Positions 37,171 through 49,803 of a DNA stretch of 64,000 bases are shown one piece after another; position 1 is the stretch's first letter, and every line of letters begins with the position of its first letter. The notes under the pieces are model-generated. The model worked only from the letters and a program-made list of their open reading frames with translations, had not been told where the DNA came from and did not search any database. Location: the NCBI RefSeq assembly GCF_037042905.1, contig NC_087246.1:23684001-23748000 (forward strand), in the 5' to 3' direction. The translations under genes and the position numbers were made by a program. This DNA is from Lytechinus pictus (lineage: Eukaryota).

Positions 37171-40100
37171 TTACTGGAAGAAGCTAGCAACAATCTGCGC
37201 CCTTGTAGCAGGACCATTCACACCCTCTGGAAGATCAGGGATCTCGTCTTCATCATTGTCCACTAGTTGGAATGGGACTTTAGACTTATCAAGGTCTTTG
37301 CTCAGGTTGTGTAGAACTGCGCATGCCATAATAATATCCTTGGCGTTCAGAGGGCTCATTTCGAGGCCATGGCCGAAAAGGTAGCGAAACTTGTTTTTCC
37401 ACTGCCCGTTAAACATGCTCAACGAGAACTCTGGTGGAACTGTGGGCACTAAAGGAGAAAGAAATTTAAATGGGGAAATGTTTAAAATATACCGTAAATC
37501 AAAGGGAATGAATGGCATTGTTTCATGAGAGAGGGGGGTTGACAACTTATATCAACCCCCCTTCTCTCTGGGATACACGCTGTACTTATTTAAAAAGGAT
37601 TATGTTAAAGATTTATTGAACTTTTCCCAATGTAAAATCAGTGTTGTTCTTAATGACATATTTAAACTCGAGTAAAAAAAAAGATTCAGCAATTCTCACG
37701 CTATACTTTGTCATTTGGAAAAATTTTACACTAATATAAAATTATGACAAATGTTAAGGCCATGAGGCAAGTACATAGATACTATGCCATTTTTTGCCCC
37801 CATACTGCCTCCTCTTGTTCCCCATTCCATCAAATATGAAGATTTATATTATAAGGCCATGAATTCATGAAAATGAAGTCTGGCACTTGTATTCCTGTAC
37901 AGAAAGTCACTCAATTATCTTAAGTATTATTTCCGAAATATGAAAAGCAAGGAGAAAATTAAAGGCTTTTATAAATGTTTTCACTCACCGATTGAAGGCT
38001 CTTTCAGCCTGATTTGCAGGGTTTATGAAAGGGGTCATGATTCAGGGTTGAAGAGCATAACAAGAATCACCAAGCAGTATGCCATGGAGGTTTCCTCTGA
38101 TGAACTCATGTCCGACAATGCTGTTTTATAAATAAGAAAGAAGATTGAATTGATCTGCACTTTGGTGATTAAATAAGGAATGCAATAAATCAAGGCCACA
38201 TTTCCTTCTGAATGGATCAACGACATCTCTTATTAGGTATGTATTGTGTAATAGTGGAGGTGTATTTCAATCCAAATGATTCATATTCAGCTTTCAATTG
38301 TTTATATAAACATTATTCATCAACTTGCATAAGCAAGAAGATATTACACCACCATTTATTTTCATGCAACTGTCTGCAACTATTATTGGTGATGAAACAT
38401 ATTGTTCTTTGAAAGGTACCTTTATGCTCAAGTGCTATGTAGATGGGGAGTCCGGTGTCCTTCTTTTTTGTCTTTGGATTGCTCAAAAAATATGAATTCA
38501 ATAGTGGTAATTTTTTTCAGTTTTGATCTCTATAATATTGCCTATGACTTTGCACTAAAAATTGATGAGACTTTGCTTGTTAACTTATCAAATGGCCGTT
38601 TAAAATCGATGGTCCGGACACACAGACAGTCCATACACACAACAACTAGGTATACATATATTCTGTTTTGTTTTTAGTATAATTATCAACTGTATATCAT
38701 AAAAAGAAATACATAATATATAAGGTACATAATGTTGTTCTGCACAAATTCTCACCTTCAAAATACTCTTTTTAAGTGTGATTTTGTCCTATACTAACCT
38801 GGAGTATGCGACTGTCCTGTGTGCTCCCCGGCGGCGAGCTACACAATTCGTGAGCCCTGAACTTGTGGTCGCATATCAACTGCACATTAATGAAATGTCA
38901 GCCTTTGCGGTTAATAATATACACAATGTTCATCAGGACCAATTGGCGCTCCCGGCAGGTATACGTGGGTACCATCCACTGCACCGATAACGCAGGGAGA
39001 AGCGTGCGATCTTATAGAAGTTCATTTGTTGGTCTCTCACTTCATCATCGGTGCAGGGATACTTGATTATCTATATGAGGAAGAACGAAATATTAAGGAG
39101 TTTTCGTCTTGTTTGAAAAGATAAATATTGGAATAATATAAATTATATCAAGATGATGCCTTTTTTATGCATTTGATTACATGGCTACTCTTTTATTAGA
39201 TTCACATTATGTCTTATTGCACTGCAAAAACTCCGGAATCCATACATGTCCACACCAGAGAAGTATAAGCCAGTTCGTAGTTCCTTTCTGCGCATGATCA
39301 AAAGATTCTGCGCATGATCAGAGGAAGGTCATTTGTACTAAAATGACATGGTGGTTTAAAATATGAGATAAGCACCAACTTTGATGTCTTGATTATTCAT
39401 ATATTCTTTTAAATTGTGTTTTTCATTTACATCCAAAAACGACAACAATGCGTCCACGAACGACTGGTATTTCATTTGCCAAGTGCATTGTGCAACATGC
39501 TATGATATGCATTCAAAGTAGGAATGCAACAAATACCTTCATAAAGTGTTCATTGGTGTGCTATTCTAGTCACCTGGTCTATTCAATTTCTTCATCCTGC
39601 TATGTAAGGCATGCTTACGTAATATCTTGCTTTGAAATAATGAAAGAAATGAAAGGTCATTTGACCAAAATTGTCCCTGAAGTAACTACGAACTGGTCTA
39701 TTGAAATAAACCAGTTGGGAATCAAACCGATGCTGTTTTAATACTAATTGGTGTTGTATAGTTGTATAAACACATATCTGGTGTTAGACCAAAGCCAAAC
39801 TGGTGTTGTTTAACACTTCTCTGGTGTTATAAAGATTACGGGCTGGTGTTAAATCAACACCAGAGTTTTTGCAGTGTGTTTAGATATTTTATTTGTTTAG
39901 GAAAATAATAATATAAAGAAGATGACAAATTATATTTATTATTCATTTAGCAAACATACTTTCTACTAGTTCTAGTTAGAAACTGGAGTTGAGAAAGGTA
40001 ATAGAATAATGTGTTTCTGTAAGCACTGGGCCACTGGCATACAGACGGAAGGATGGAGTGTAAAGGTAAAAGGCCATCCACATCCCCCCCCCCCCCCCCA

Positions 40101-42226
40101 CGTCCGGAGACTGAAAATATAAATAATAAATAAACAAACTACTGAGAAAGTGAGAGGGAAAGTTGTAAAATATCATTCATGTTTGGTGTTTCTTTTTTTC
40201 TACATTCTGTCACCAAACTAGATTTTCATTTCCAAAAATAGCTTGTTTCTAGATTGCTCATGAACTGCTTGCCTACAACTGTGTTAACATGTCTTCTGTA
40301 TTCATTGTGCTGATCATCTTATTTTCTTACAACCATGGAGTCCAAGTATTTGAATGTTTTGTGACTGAATGTGTGTTAACTGTGAAAGAGGATTTTTTTT
40401 TTAGGTGTATGGACGTACGAGCAAATGTTAGTCCTATGAGGGGGCGGGGTGCTCCAGACTAAAAATAATATGAATTGAAAAGATTAATTACTAATCTGGC
40501 AAACTAAACATTAAAAAAATCATTTCATTTTAATGTTTAGACTTTAGTATCATTTTGGTGAAACAGTTCTAAAATTGCACGTTTAATGAATATGCAATGA
40601 GCAAGATGATGTCATATCCAAACATATTCTAATTTTGTCCTCCACTAAATAAAAAACAAACACTACTGAATTAATGTGCAAGATAATCACTTATGCAACG
40701 TATACATGCACATGCGTTAAAAGAAAAGGAAAGTGGAGTCATGACAACATTGGCCCACCTATTGCATTTTTATGGCACAGTGCGTAACTGTTTTCATACA
40801 TAGAACTAAAAAAATACAATAACTGCATATTTTAAACAGTTGATTTCTAATGCGATTTACAACATTTTGCTCTATTTAATAATGTACCTATTGTCAGCTT
40901 GTTAAGTAACATTTCTGTATGCAAAGAACCAAACCAATGTGTAGGAATATGAAAAATATAAACTTACATTTGAATGATGTTTTATTTTACATCATTATCA
41001 ATATAATACATTTAGAGGATGTTATTTAACGCTTTAACTTAGTTTTAGAAGAGGTATGAATAGGCCTACAATTCACCCTCGAAACATCAAACTCACAGTA
41101 TGGAGTTGTCAGGCAAAAACTAATAAATTCACTTTGGAAAATATATTCAAGTCATGTGCATGTAGGACTGCAAAATAAATCAAATCCATGAGATTTAATA
41201 TTTAGACATGATATACCTGTACCTTGCATAATCGAGGTCATTACCTTCCCGCCCCCTTTCTCTTCTTGTCAGTGTTTTCTTCTTTCTCATTTTCCTTAAC
41301 TTTGCCACAACAAAATGTTCCTATCATATTTTCTGTAAATTTATATTTTAGATAATTTTACAGTTTGTTTCTCTTTCTTTATCGTTTTCTTTACGTTTTC
41401 TCTTCCCTTATTTTTTTTACTTCATTTTTCTTTGTTTTGCTATTTCTTCTTTCGTCTCTCTATTATTATATTATTATTACTTTTTGGGGGCATTTTGTTT
41501 CTCAATTTCTCACGATACCTCATACCATATAGTCTATGAACAAAGGAGTGTTGACATAATAGTGTCTTAGAGATATATTAGGCTACTATATCTATTATGG
41601 TTGACAATTAGTTCTAAGTTAAAGAGATCGACGAATCAATCGCCGTTAAATCCATTTGGCAAAAATTTAATTCGTAGACCTACGCACTATAACCGGTACC
41701 GGTAATACTAATTTAGTAGTACTATACTAGCTACACATCGACGGTGCAGAAGCTGTGGAACCTGTCTCTGACTCTGAATGTGATTTTGTAAGTTGTAAAG
41801 CCGGATTTCTGCTTAAAAATAACAAACCATTTATTTTCAAACTGTTACTTAGTTTTATGATCTATGGTATTAGTGGGGTACTGTGTTAATTTATTGTATT
41901 GTCGGCTGAAAGAGAGCCTCGTTTCTTCAGTTCAGGGTAGCTAGATCGGCCAAATAACGTGAACGAGAAAGACAGCGCAAAATTACCCCTCGTCCGCCGC
42001 CGGCAAAGGTACTTAGAAACGAGCGCCTCGTAGGGACGTAGAAAAATGCAGGGCATGCATATGGCCAGCCGACAGTTTTAACCGAACCATGACAATTAAA
42101 ACAGCAACAATGAATCTTACCTCATTCTTAATGCTACACATAACCTCTGCAACACGATGGACTATGCATGCTTACTCCATGTATGGTGGCACTACTGTCT
42201 AGCATGGAACCTGTCGCGAAGAATCT
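37171..42226 (-). pseudogene. Intron-containing PIF/Harbinger (HARBI1-family) transposase pseudogene
   Basis: Four minus-strand exon relics: 42226-42121 (RFFATGS...GVS / IVHRVAE...NE|gtaag), 39070-38799 (IIKYP...GAVDGTHV...YINRKG*HFINVQLICD...PGSTQDSRILQ|gttagt), 38125-37989 (GILLGDSCY..P*IMTP...FNR|gtgagt), 37448-37171 (AHSSTRVLVEH / GQWKNKFRYL...IIMACAVLHN...R..IV..FF*). Contains stops, frameshifts and a mutated acceptor. Confidence 0.88.
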
Positions 42227-42284
42227 TCTTACTCGACTCCTAGAAAGTATCTTAGAATAGGGCAAATACGCGCGGTACACACTT

Positions 42285-42430
42285 GCACTGACGTGACGCA
42301 TGCAGGGCGCGGCGCGGCCGCCGGCGCGCAGCGCGGGGAATCGCGCGCCTCGTTCCTGATCGATATCCTGTGTGAGTTTGGCTGTAAGCTAGCGCTCAGC
42401 ATGCATTGGCTCCAATCGGCCAATTACACG
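42285..42430. promoter_or_regulatory. GC/CpG-rich patch with CRE-like TGACGTGA and CCAAT boxes; candidate promoter of the Harbinger element
   Basis: gggcgcggcgcggccgccggcgcgcagcgcgggg in an AT-rich background; ATTGG/CCAAT at ~42405-42425; lies between the element end and the first recognisable transposase exon. Confidence 0.35.
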
Positions 42431-42589
42431 ACAACAGTCACGCCATACATTTTAAACATTTTCATCATCATTTATAGTCTAGTCCAACGGGTTTATTTCT
42501 GTCCCGCTTACGCCGGGGGCGCTGCTCCTCCTGAGTCTTGGATTATTGCCCGGGGATTATTGCTAGCCATTTTCATGAATAAATGAAAC

Positions 42590-42760
42590 AGCTGTGCTGT
42601 TGACGTCAAATATTGCCGAAGAAATTGTCATTTGCCGCAGATGATTTATGCAGCCGAGTTTTATAAAACACAAACTTGACGCTGTTTTTAGATTTGCCGC
42701 AAAAACGATTTGACGCTGAAAATGGGCCGCTGCGGCTAATATTTTATGAAACGGGCCCCT
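42590..42760 (-). mobile_element. Probable terminus of the Harbinger element (GGGGCCCGTTTCATAAAA end with subterminal repeats)
   Basis: ttttatgaaacgggcccctg at ~42742-42760, with repeated tttgccgca/ttgacgctg motifs, upstream of the first transposase exon. A similar TIR bounds the MITE at 49486-49631. The partner end was not found. Confidence 0.5.
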
Positions 42761-44292
42761 GATTGTTACTGTATTGGATTTAACCACTGCAGAACTCAGA
42801 ATAGACCTTTACCTATGAAAAATATCAAAACGACTTCAAAATAATCAAAGCGTAGCTGATGATAAAGACACCTCGTGTAATTAGACCTATACTGTTCAAC
42901 AGTAAAATTACTAGGCCTAGACCACAGAGATGTATTATTAGTATCTCTATGGCCTATAGACACTCCAATATGAGCTCGGTCGATACCCTACGATGTAATA
43001 GGCATGGGGAATGCCCCCCGAAGTAGCGTACTTCAATCGACCATGAGACAAAATAACAACGAACACACACGCACTTACGCACACACATATCACATTTTTC
43101 CTCCCTTTGTATGAAAGTATCAAAGATCTTTTTAAAATTTTCAACTTAACCTTCACATTTCTTTTGAAAATGAAGAGAGCAAATAAAATTTATAGATCGC
43201 TTTGTTCCCTCGCTAACATATGTTTATGGTCGTTTTACACATTCTTGTCACCACCTCCCCACCAAAAAAATGATAATGTCGAGTATACAGCCATTTATCT
43301 GCATGATGATCACTAAGTATTTGTCTCGATCAAGACCGTTGAATTTCTCAACTAAGTTATCTACGGTAGATGTGAACTAAGTGAACAAAAAATTTTGTAT
43401 TACATCCTAAACACCAACCATCATCTTTCTTACTCAAGATCAAACTTTATTTTCAGTAGTGCAGGGTCGGCGATCCTGGAGGGGCAGCGTGGTAGACCGG
43501 TACGTGCCCCCCCCCCCCCCCCCACACGCTTTTTGAAGCATGAAAACCATAAAAAATGTGCCCCCTTACCACAAGGTTCTTAGATCTACGCTTTAAAATT
43601 TTAAGTTGATTCTCTTTTATTTGTATATCCTTTTTTTCTACCCTTGAAAGGTAATGAATAAAATACAAAGAAGACATGACTAAGTGAATACTATTCAAAT
43701 AAAGTTTTGTGACCGAAATAGATAACTTGGGAGAGGGGGAAAAGTTGGCCCCTCTCAACTTTTTTCCATGATAACATGGCCCTATATACATGTTCTCTTC
43801 GAGAGAGAAAAAAAATGTGTCTTTCGTGAGTGTGGTGAAGGAATTTTCCGACGATCACTTTCTCATACAAAATCATTTCCATGGGAAGAATTTCCCATAC
43901 CTTTTTAACACGCTACCAATTTCAGAGTTATCATTAGCGCCAGAATCGACCACAAAGCAAGTTCTAAGACTTAAATTTCCCAATTTTTCCTTCCAAATTG
44001 CGGAGTGTAATATAATTAAAATATACAAATTTCATTATCAGAAATCCCCTTCATAAGGATTTTACTCCACTTACATTACCACAGAAGACACAGATACATT
44101 AGGCATGAAGGTAATCTGATTGTGATGCTAACTGATTGACCTAAATTTCCTTTTAACTTAATTTAAGTGTTGGCTTTGCCCCTCCCCCAACGGAAATACG
44201 TTCCACTGCCCCTGATCCCACATGCTAAAAGTCTCATGACACTGTACGCTTAAGCATTCTTTTATTAAAAGTATAGGGTAGATTAAATAGGC

Positions 44293-46380
44293 ATGTTAAA
44301 TTCACCTTCCGAACTGACATGTCCATCTGAGGCTTTGGATCATTACAACACCTGCCTGAGCTCTCTGATTGACAGGCATGCCCCTCTTCAAGTAAAAACT
44401 GTCACTGTCAGACCAAAATCACCTTGGTTCACTGATGACATCATAGAAGCCAAGAGACGAAGGCGGCGGGCTGAACGCCGCATGATTAAGTCTGGACTTG
44501 GTGCTGACAGGGAACTGTATCGCCGAGAATGTGAGTCTTACTACGAGTGCATTTTCAATGCTCAGTCTACATACTTCAGAAATCTTATTGCAGAGTCGGA
44601 CACGAAGCAGTTATTCAACATCGTCAGATCACTTTCATCAACAGATCATTCTTCAGTTCTCCCAGATCATTCATCTGCAGAGAACCTCTCCAACCGGTTT
44701 GCTGAGTTCTTCAGGGAGAAGGTCTCGAAACTAGTATCATCCTTCAATCCTGCTATCCCAGGTCCAACAACTTCACCTTCTACAGAACACAACTTCTCAC
44801 AATTCCGTCTCATCAGTGATCTAGATATCCAGAAACTCATCAAGTCATTGCCATCTAAACACTGCAATCTAGATCCGATTCCTACATGGCTTCTGAAGAA
44901 CTCTCTCGAGGAACTTATCCCTGTCATCACAAAGTTTATTAATCTCTCTTTGTCATCCGGCATTGTTCCTGAAGCTCTGAAAACATCACTTCTACTTCCT
45001 CTCCTCAAAAAGTCGAGTCTTGATCCAAATAATCTCGGCAACTACAGGCCCATCGCGAATCTGCCCTTCATTGGTAAGGTCTTGGAGAGGGTTGTGACTT
45101 CGCAGTTAAAGGATCACCTTGAAGGATTTGGCATGCTTCCAGTCAATCAGTCAGCTTATCTGAATCACCATTCTACAGAGACTGCCCTGGTGAAAGTTTT
45201 CAATGATCTTCTCCTGGCTGTTGATAGGGGCGAGGAGGCAGTGCTCGTTCTGCTTGATTACACTGCTGCATTCGACACCATCGACCACGAACTGTTACTG
45301 TATCGCCTGCAAAATGACTTTGGTATAACTGGGACTGTCCTTGATTGGCTCCGTTCTTACCTCCACAATCGAAGTCAACAAGTTACCATCAACGGCACCC
45401 TATCGGCGAGATTCCCCTTGGTCTGCGGCGTTCCGCAGGGTTCAGTGGTTGGCCCGCTCCTCTTCATCTTGTACACAAGTCCTCTGTCAAGATTCATTGA
45501 CTCTCACCGGGACATTCGACATGCCATGTATGCTGATGATACACAAATTTACATCACTTTGAAACCCACTGGTAAACATGAAGCTGCACAGAAGCTCAAT
45601 AGTTGCTTAGAGGACATCAAAGCCTGGTCACATGATAACAAACTCTGTCTTAACGAAAGCAAGTCTGAAATGATCCACATCTCCTCCAAATTTAGAAACA
45701 CAGAGTCCTTCCCAATGCTCTCAACCACAAGTAGCACTAGCGATAATATTTTGATGTGTAATGAGTTGGTAAGGGATCTTGGGGTGACAATTGACAAGAA
45801 TCTCACATTTCAACAGCATGTTAAGAATATTTGTAAGTCTGCCTCCTTTGGTATTTTTAAGATTGGAAAAATGAGGAGGCTACTCGACCAACCCACAACT
45901 GCTAAACTTACCCATGCTTTTGTATCTTCCCACATTGATTACTGCAATTCTGCTCTTTCTGGTATCCCACTGTCACATTTACGCCCACTTCAAAGAATTC
46001 AAAATAGTGCTGCAAGGCTTGTTACTCTTTCAAGAAAATCTGAACATGTTACACCTATTCTGAAATCACTTCATTGGCTTCCAATACGCCAACGCATCAT
46101 TTTCAAAGTTCTTCTCATGACGTATAAAATAATCAATGGCCTAGCTCCTGAATACCTCTCTAATCTCATTTCTCTCCGCTCTTCTAGCTCACTCAGACCA
46201 CTTCGTTCTTCAACAACCTTGCAGCTTACTTTAGGACCACGTACAAATACCAGTTATGGGGATCGAGCCTTTTCCGTTTTCGCTCCAATCCAGTGGAATA
46301 AATTACCATCTTACATCCATAATGCCAACTCCCTTGATCAATTTAAGACCTTGCTAAAGACCCACCTTTTTAATGTATAG
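44293..46380 (+). CDS. LINE ORF2 reverse transcriptase (endonuclease domain missing), 695 aa uninterrupted
   Basis: NYRPIANLPFIGKVLE, QSAY..HHSTETAL, LLDYTAAFDTIDH, GVPQGSVVGP, YADDTQ, DLGVTID, LHWLP, GDRAFS...WNKLP...FKTLLKTHLF. Confidence 0.92.
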   Translation: MLNSPSELTCPSEALDHYNTCLSSLIDRHAPLQVKTVTVRPKSPWFTDDIIEAKRRRRRAERRMIKSGLGADRELYRRECESYYECIFNAQSTYFRNLIAESDTKQLFNIVRSLSSTDHSSVLPDHSSAENLSNRFAEFFREKVSKLVSSFNPAIPGPTTSPSTEHNFSQFRLISDLDIQKLIKSLPSKHCNLDPIPTWLLKNSLEELIPVITKFINLSLSSGIVPEALKTSLLLPLLKKSSLDPNNLGNYRPIANLPFIGKVLERVVTSQLKDHLEGFGMLPVNQSAYLNHHSTETALVKVFNDLLLAVDRGEEAVLVLLDYTAAFDTIDHELLLYRLQNDFGITGTVLDWLRSYLHNRSQQVTINGTLSARFPLVCGVPQGSVVGPLLFILYTSPLSRFIDSHRDIRHAMYADDTQIYITLKPTGKHEAAQKLNSCLEDIKAWSHDNKLCLNESKSEMIHISSKFRNTESFPMLSTTSSTSDNILMCNELVRDLGVTIDKNLTFQQHVKNICKSASFGIFKIGKMRRLLDQPTTAKLTHAFVSSHIDYCNSALSGIPLSHLRPLQRIQNSAARLVTLSRKSEHVTPILKSLHWLPIRQRIIFKVLLMTYKIINGLAPEYLSNLISLRSSSSLRPLRSSTTLQLTLGPRTNTSYGDRAFSVFAPIQWNKLPSYIHNANSLDQFKTLLKTHLFNV

Positions 46381-46460
46381 GTATCAGTTGTGGGTTGGTC
46401 TATATTGAGGTGCACATCTTAGTTGCATTTGTTTGTTTAAAATTTTGCTTTGAATATGTC

Positions 46461-46522
<62 letters not shown>

Positions 46523-46612
46523 CCCGGTAATTTAGTTGATAGGCAGAAAACTGAGCGCTTAGAAACACCTGTATTAAGCGCCCTACAAATGTTATAATTA
46601 TTATTATTATTA
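44293..46612 (+). mobile_element. 5'-truncated L2/CR1-group LINE with 3'UTR poly-T and (ATT)n tail
   Basis: RT ORF followed by 3'UTR with a T58 tract and gcgccctacaaatgtta(tta)n end. Confidence 0.92.
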
Positions 46613-46719
46613 GATTTGCTACTTTTCTTTTGGTGCCATTTTTCTTTGTTTTAAGATAGTGCCCGTTATTAAGAGAACGTATCCTCTGTTCCTGCCCCCA
46701 CCACTTTCGACCCTGCCTT

Positions 46720-47995
46720 ATACTGAGCACCAAACATTTATCTATCCCGAGAATAACCTAGTACATTCCTCTTCAGAAGATGTGAATAATAACTTGACCC
46801 CAAACAATGTATTTCTTACTTAGCACCCCAAATTGACTGGACATCAAACATAATTCGGAGAAAATGGATCATGTCTCTTCACCAACAGTGTCTTCCGTAC
46901 TGAAGACCAAACACTATCTTTATTATTGAACACCAAACACTGTCTTTCTTACTGAACAACAAACGCTGTCTTCCTTATTGAACACTATATTGTCTTCCTA
47001 TAACTGAACACCAAACATTTATCTATTCCGAGAGAATCTGGTGTACTTCTTTATCAACCTAACACTAACTGAACACCAAGCATTATCTCTCTTACTAAAC
47101 ACCCAACATTGCCTTTTGCACTAAACACCGAACTTTAGTTTTATCTATTCCGACGGAAATTTGTATATTTCTTCACCAATCTAACACTAATCTACAGCAG
47201 ATGGAAACTAACTGGACACCGAACATTGTTTTTATTACTGATCACCAAACGCTTTCTTCCTTACTGAGCAACAAACATTGAATTTATTATTAAAACTAAA
47301 ATTGTCTTCCTAGCTGGACACCAAACATTTATATATTCCGAGAGAACCTGGTATATTTCTTAACCAATCTAACACTCATCTAAAGTAGATGTATACTAAC
47401 TGGACACCAGGCATTGTCTTCCTTTCTGAACACCAAGCATTATATCTCTTACTAAACATATGATACAACATTGCCTTCCGTTGTACACCAAACATTAATT
47501 TCATATATTCCGAGGGAAATAATTTCTTAACCAATCAACACTCATCTAAAGTAGATGTATACTAACTGGACACCAGGCATTGTCTCCCTTTCTTAACACC
47601 AAGCATTATAATCATCTCTTACTAAACATAACGATACAACATTGCCTTCCGTTGTACACCAAACACTAATTTTATATATTCCGAGGGAAATAAGCATATT
47701 TCTTAACCAACCTAACGCTCAGTAGATGTTAACTATGATAGTAACTGGACACCATTTTTTTTTCTACTGAACAACAAACATTGTCTTTCTTACTAAACAC
47801 CAATCATTGTCGTTCTTACTGAGCAACAAACGTTGTCTTCCTCACTGAACACCAAACATTTATTTATCTGGCCAACACTTATCTAGAGTAGATGTTGACT
47901 TACTAAACAATGTCTTCCTTACAAAAACACAAAACACGTATATTTCTAATCATACAACCAACACTGTCTTCTTGCTCGATACCCAACATTTATTA
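46720..47995. repeat. Degenerate minisatellite (~27-bp unit actgaacaccaaacattgtcttcctt) with higher-order blocks
   Basis: Dozens of ctgaacaccaaaca/ctaaacacc variants; larger ~180-bp duplications at 47340-47700. Confidence 0.8.
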
Positions 47996-49231
47996 CTGTA
48001 TCTAAATGCACGAATTGTTATTTCATTTAAAACAAAATGGGCTTTAGTATATTTTATTTTTTTAATGGTTTCATATATAACTATTAATGTATTTATATGT
48101 TTATACACCTATTTACTTATTTATTTATTCAACTATCTATTTATCTATCTGTTTGTCTATTTATTCAGATATCAATATAAAAACACGGAAAATGTATAAA
48201 TGTAAAAATATTATAGAAATAAGAGCTATTATCACCAAGCAATAAGATCTATGATTTCAAGTCCTATTTACTCACTTGTCTAGTCTCTATACACTATTTT
48301 TAGAGATGAATATGGGTATTGAGAATATATATACATACATGAGTGGAGAAATAGGCTATTACCTACTATATTAACTATACTGTTAGAAGAAAAGTATCGT
48401 TGGAAAAAATACTGCTTTGACCTAGTCTCTATATTCATCAAGTAACCTCTACGAATCGTCGCCATGACAACGACAATGCATCCCGCTAGCGCTATTATCT
48501 TAAAAAGGGTATAAACCTTTTCGGTTCCTATACCCGCCATTCCAAAGGTCTGATAGGTCAGATTTCCATAATTATTGAGAATTTTTTTGTCAGTGCATGT
48601 ATGGATTCCCGATCACTATATTACACCGAGCAAGGGATATCAAATTAAAATCATTTGCATTTATTGGCATAACTCGAAAAAAATTTGTCAATATCAACAG
48701 TACTATTTGTATCCGTATTTTAATCCTATCGTAACATTAGCCGGGTGTACACTGGCCAGATCGACGGTTTTCGAATGTTGACATAAAGGATCTAGATTAT
48801 TATACTTAGTGTGAATCTATCCATAATCATCTATTTTGAAAAAAAAATCATGCTGAACCACCTAACTGCACGTAAGTGTGAGTCGTATCTGCATTTCAAT
48901 GCAAAATATAACGCCTCGATGTAATCCTTGCAAAGTACCGGATAAGCTTTGGTGTTGCTGTTTCATTTCTTTCATGACAAAGTTTTGACGTTCTTTGATG
49001 CATTTCCTATTTTTCTTTCGGCACGTTCGGAGAGATATTATTCATGAGCAAGGAGTACTCTCAGTTATTTTAGTTATCATTATAATACAAATTTTCTCTC
49101 CACATATCACTCTACCTTTTAAAATAATTCGTTCCTTAAAGAAGATACTCTTAGCCCAAACGCTGGGAATGCACAAAACAGGTAATAGGCGAGTGAGAGA
49201 GATGATGGTGACACACACTCACCACCTATTC

Positions 49232-49803
49232 GGTAAATTGCCAATTCGTCTACTACCAACTCGTCCACTCACCACATGGTCGACTTTTATTTAGTCTAAT
49301 GCAATTTTGTCCATCAACAAAAATTTCGTCTAACAACCATTTGGTCCAATAACCATTCGGTCCAATCATCACTTCGTCTAATCACCATTTTCATCTATGA
49401 CCATTTCGTCTCATAACCAGTTGGTCTAATATCCAATTCATTTTCATTCATTTTGCACAATTAACACTTCGTCCAATTAGACCAAGGGACCGTTTCATAA
49501 AGAGTTACAACTGTTGCAACTTTGCCATTATGGCAACTACCATGGAAAACCTCCATTCTGATTGGCTGCTGAGGCCTAGCTGTTACCATACCAAGTTACA
49601 ACAGTTGCAAGTCCTTTATGAAACGGGTCCCAAATGGTATATGGACTAAATGGCTATCGGACCAACTGGTTATTAGACGAAATGTTGAGTGGACGAATTG
49701 GCAATTAGACCATGTGGATAGTGGACGAACTGATGGTAGACCAAATGATAGTAGACGAGTTGGCAATTGGACGAATGGGCATTAGCCGAATTGGAAATTA
49801 ACC
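49232..49803. mobile_element. Repeat-array MITE (ttcgtctaa/ttagacgaa inverted arrays) with nested GGGACCCGTTTCATAAAG MITE at 49486-49631
   Basis: ggtaaattgccaattcgtct ... gccgaattggaaattaacc; nested gggaccgtttcataaag ... ctttatgaaacgggtccc. Related arrays at 22670-23320. Confidence 0.7.

Noticed and set aside
39431-39465. Minus-strand SFVDALLSFLD|gtaaat as the upstream Harbinger exon
   Set aside because: Short and inside a CACTG-ended repeat interval; 42121-42226 (RFFATGS...IVHRV) fits the family much better.
46720-47995. Regularly spaced ~27-bp repeats as a CRISPR-like array
   Set aside because: Units are degenerate and contiguous with no unique spacers, there are no cas genes, and the context is eukaryotic.
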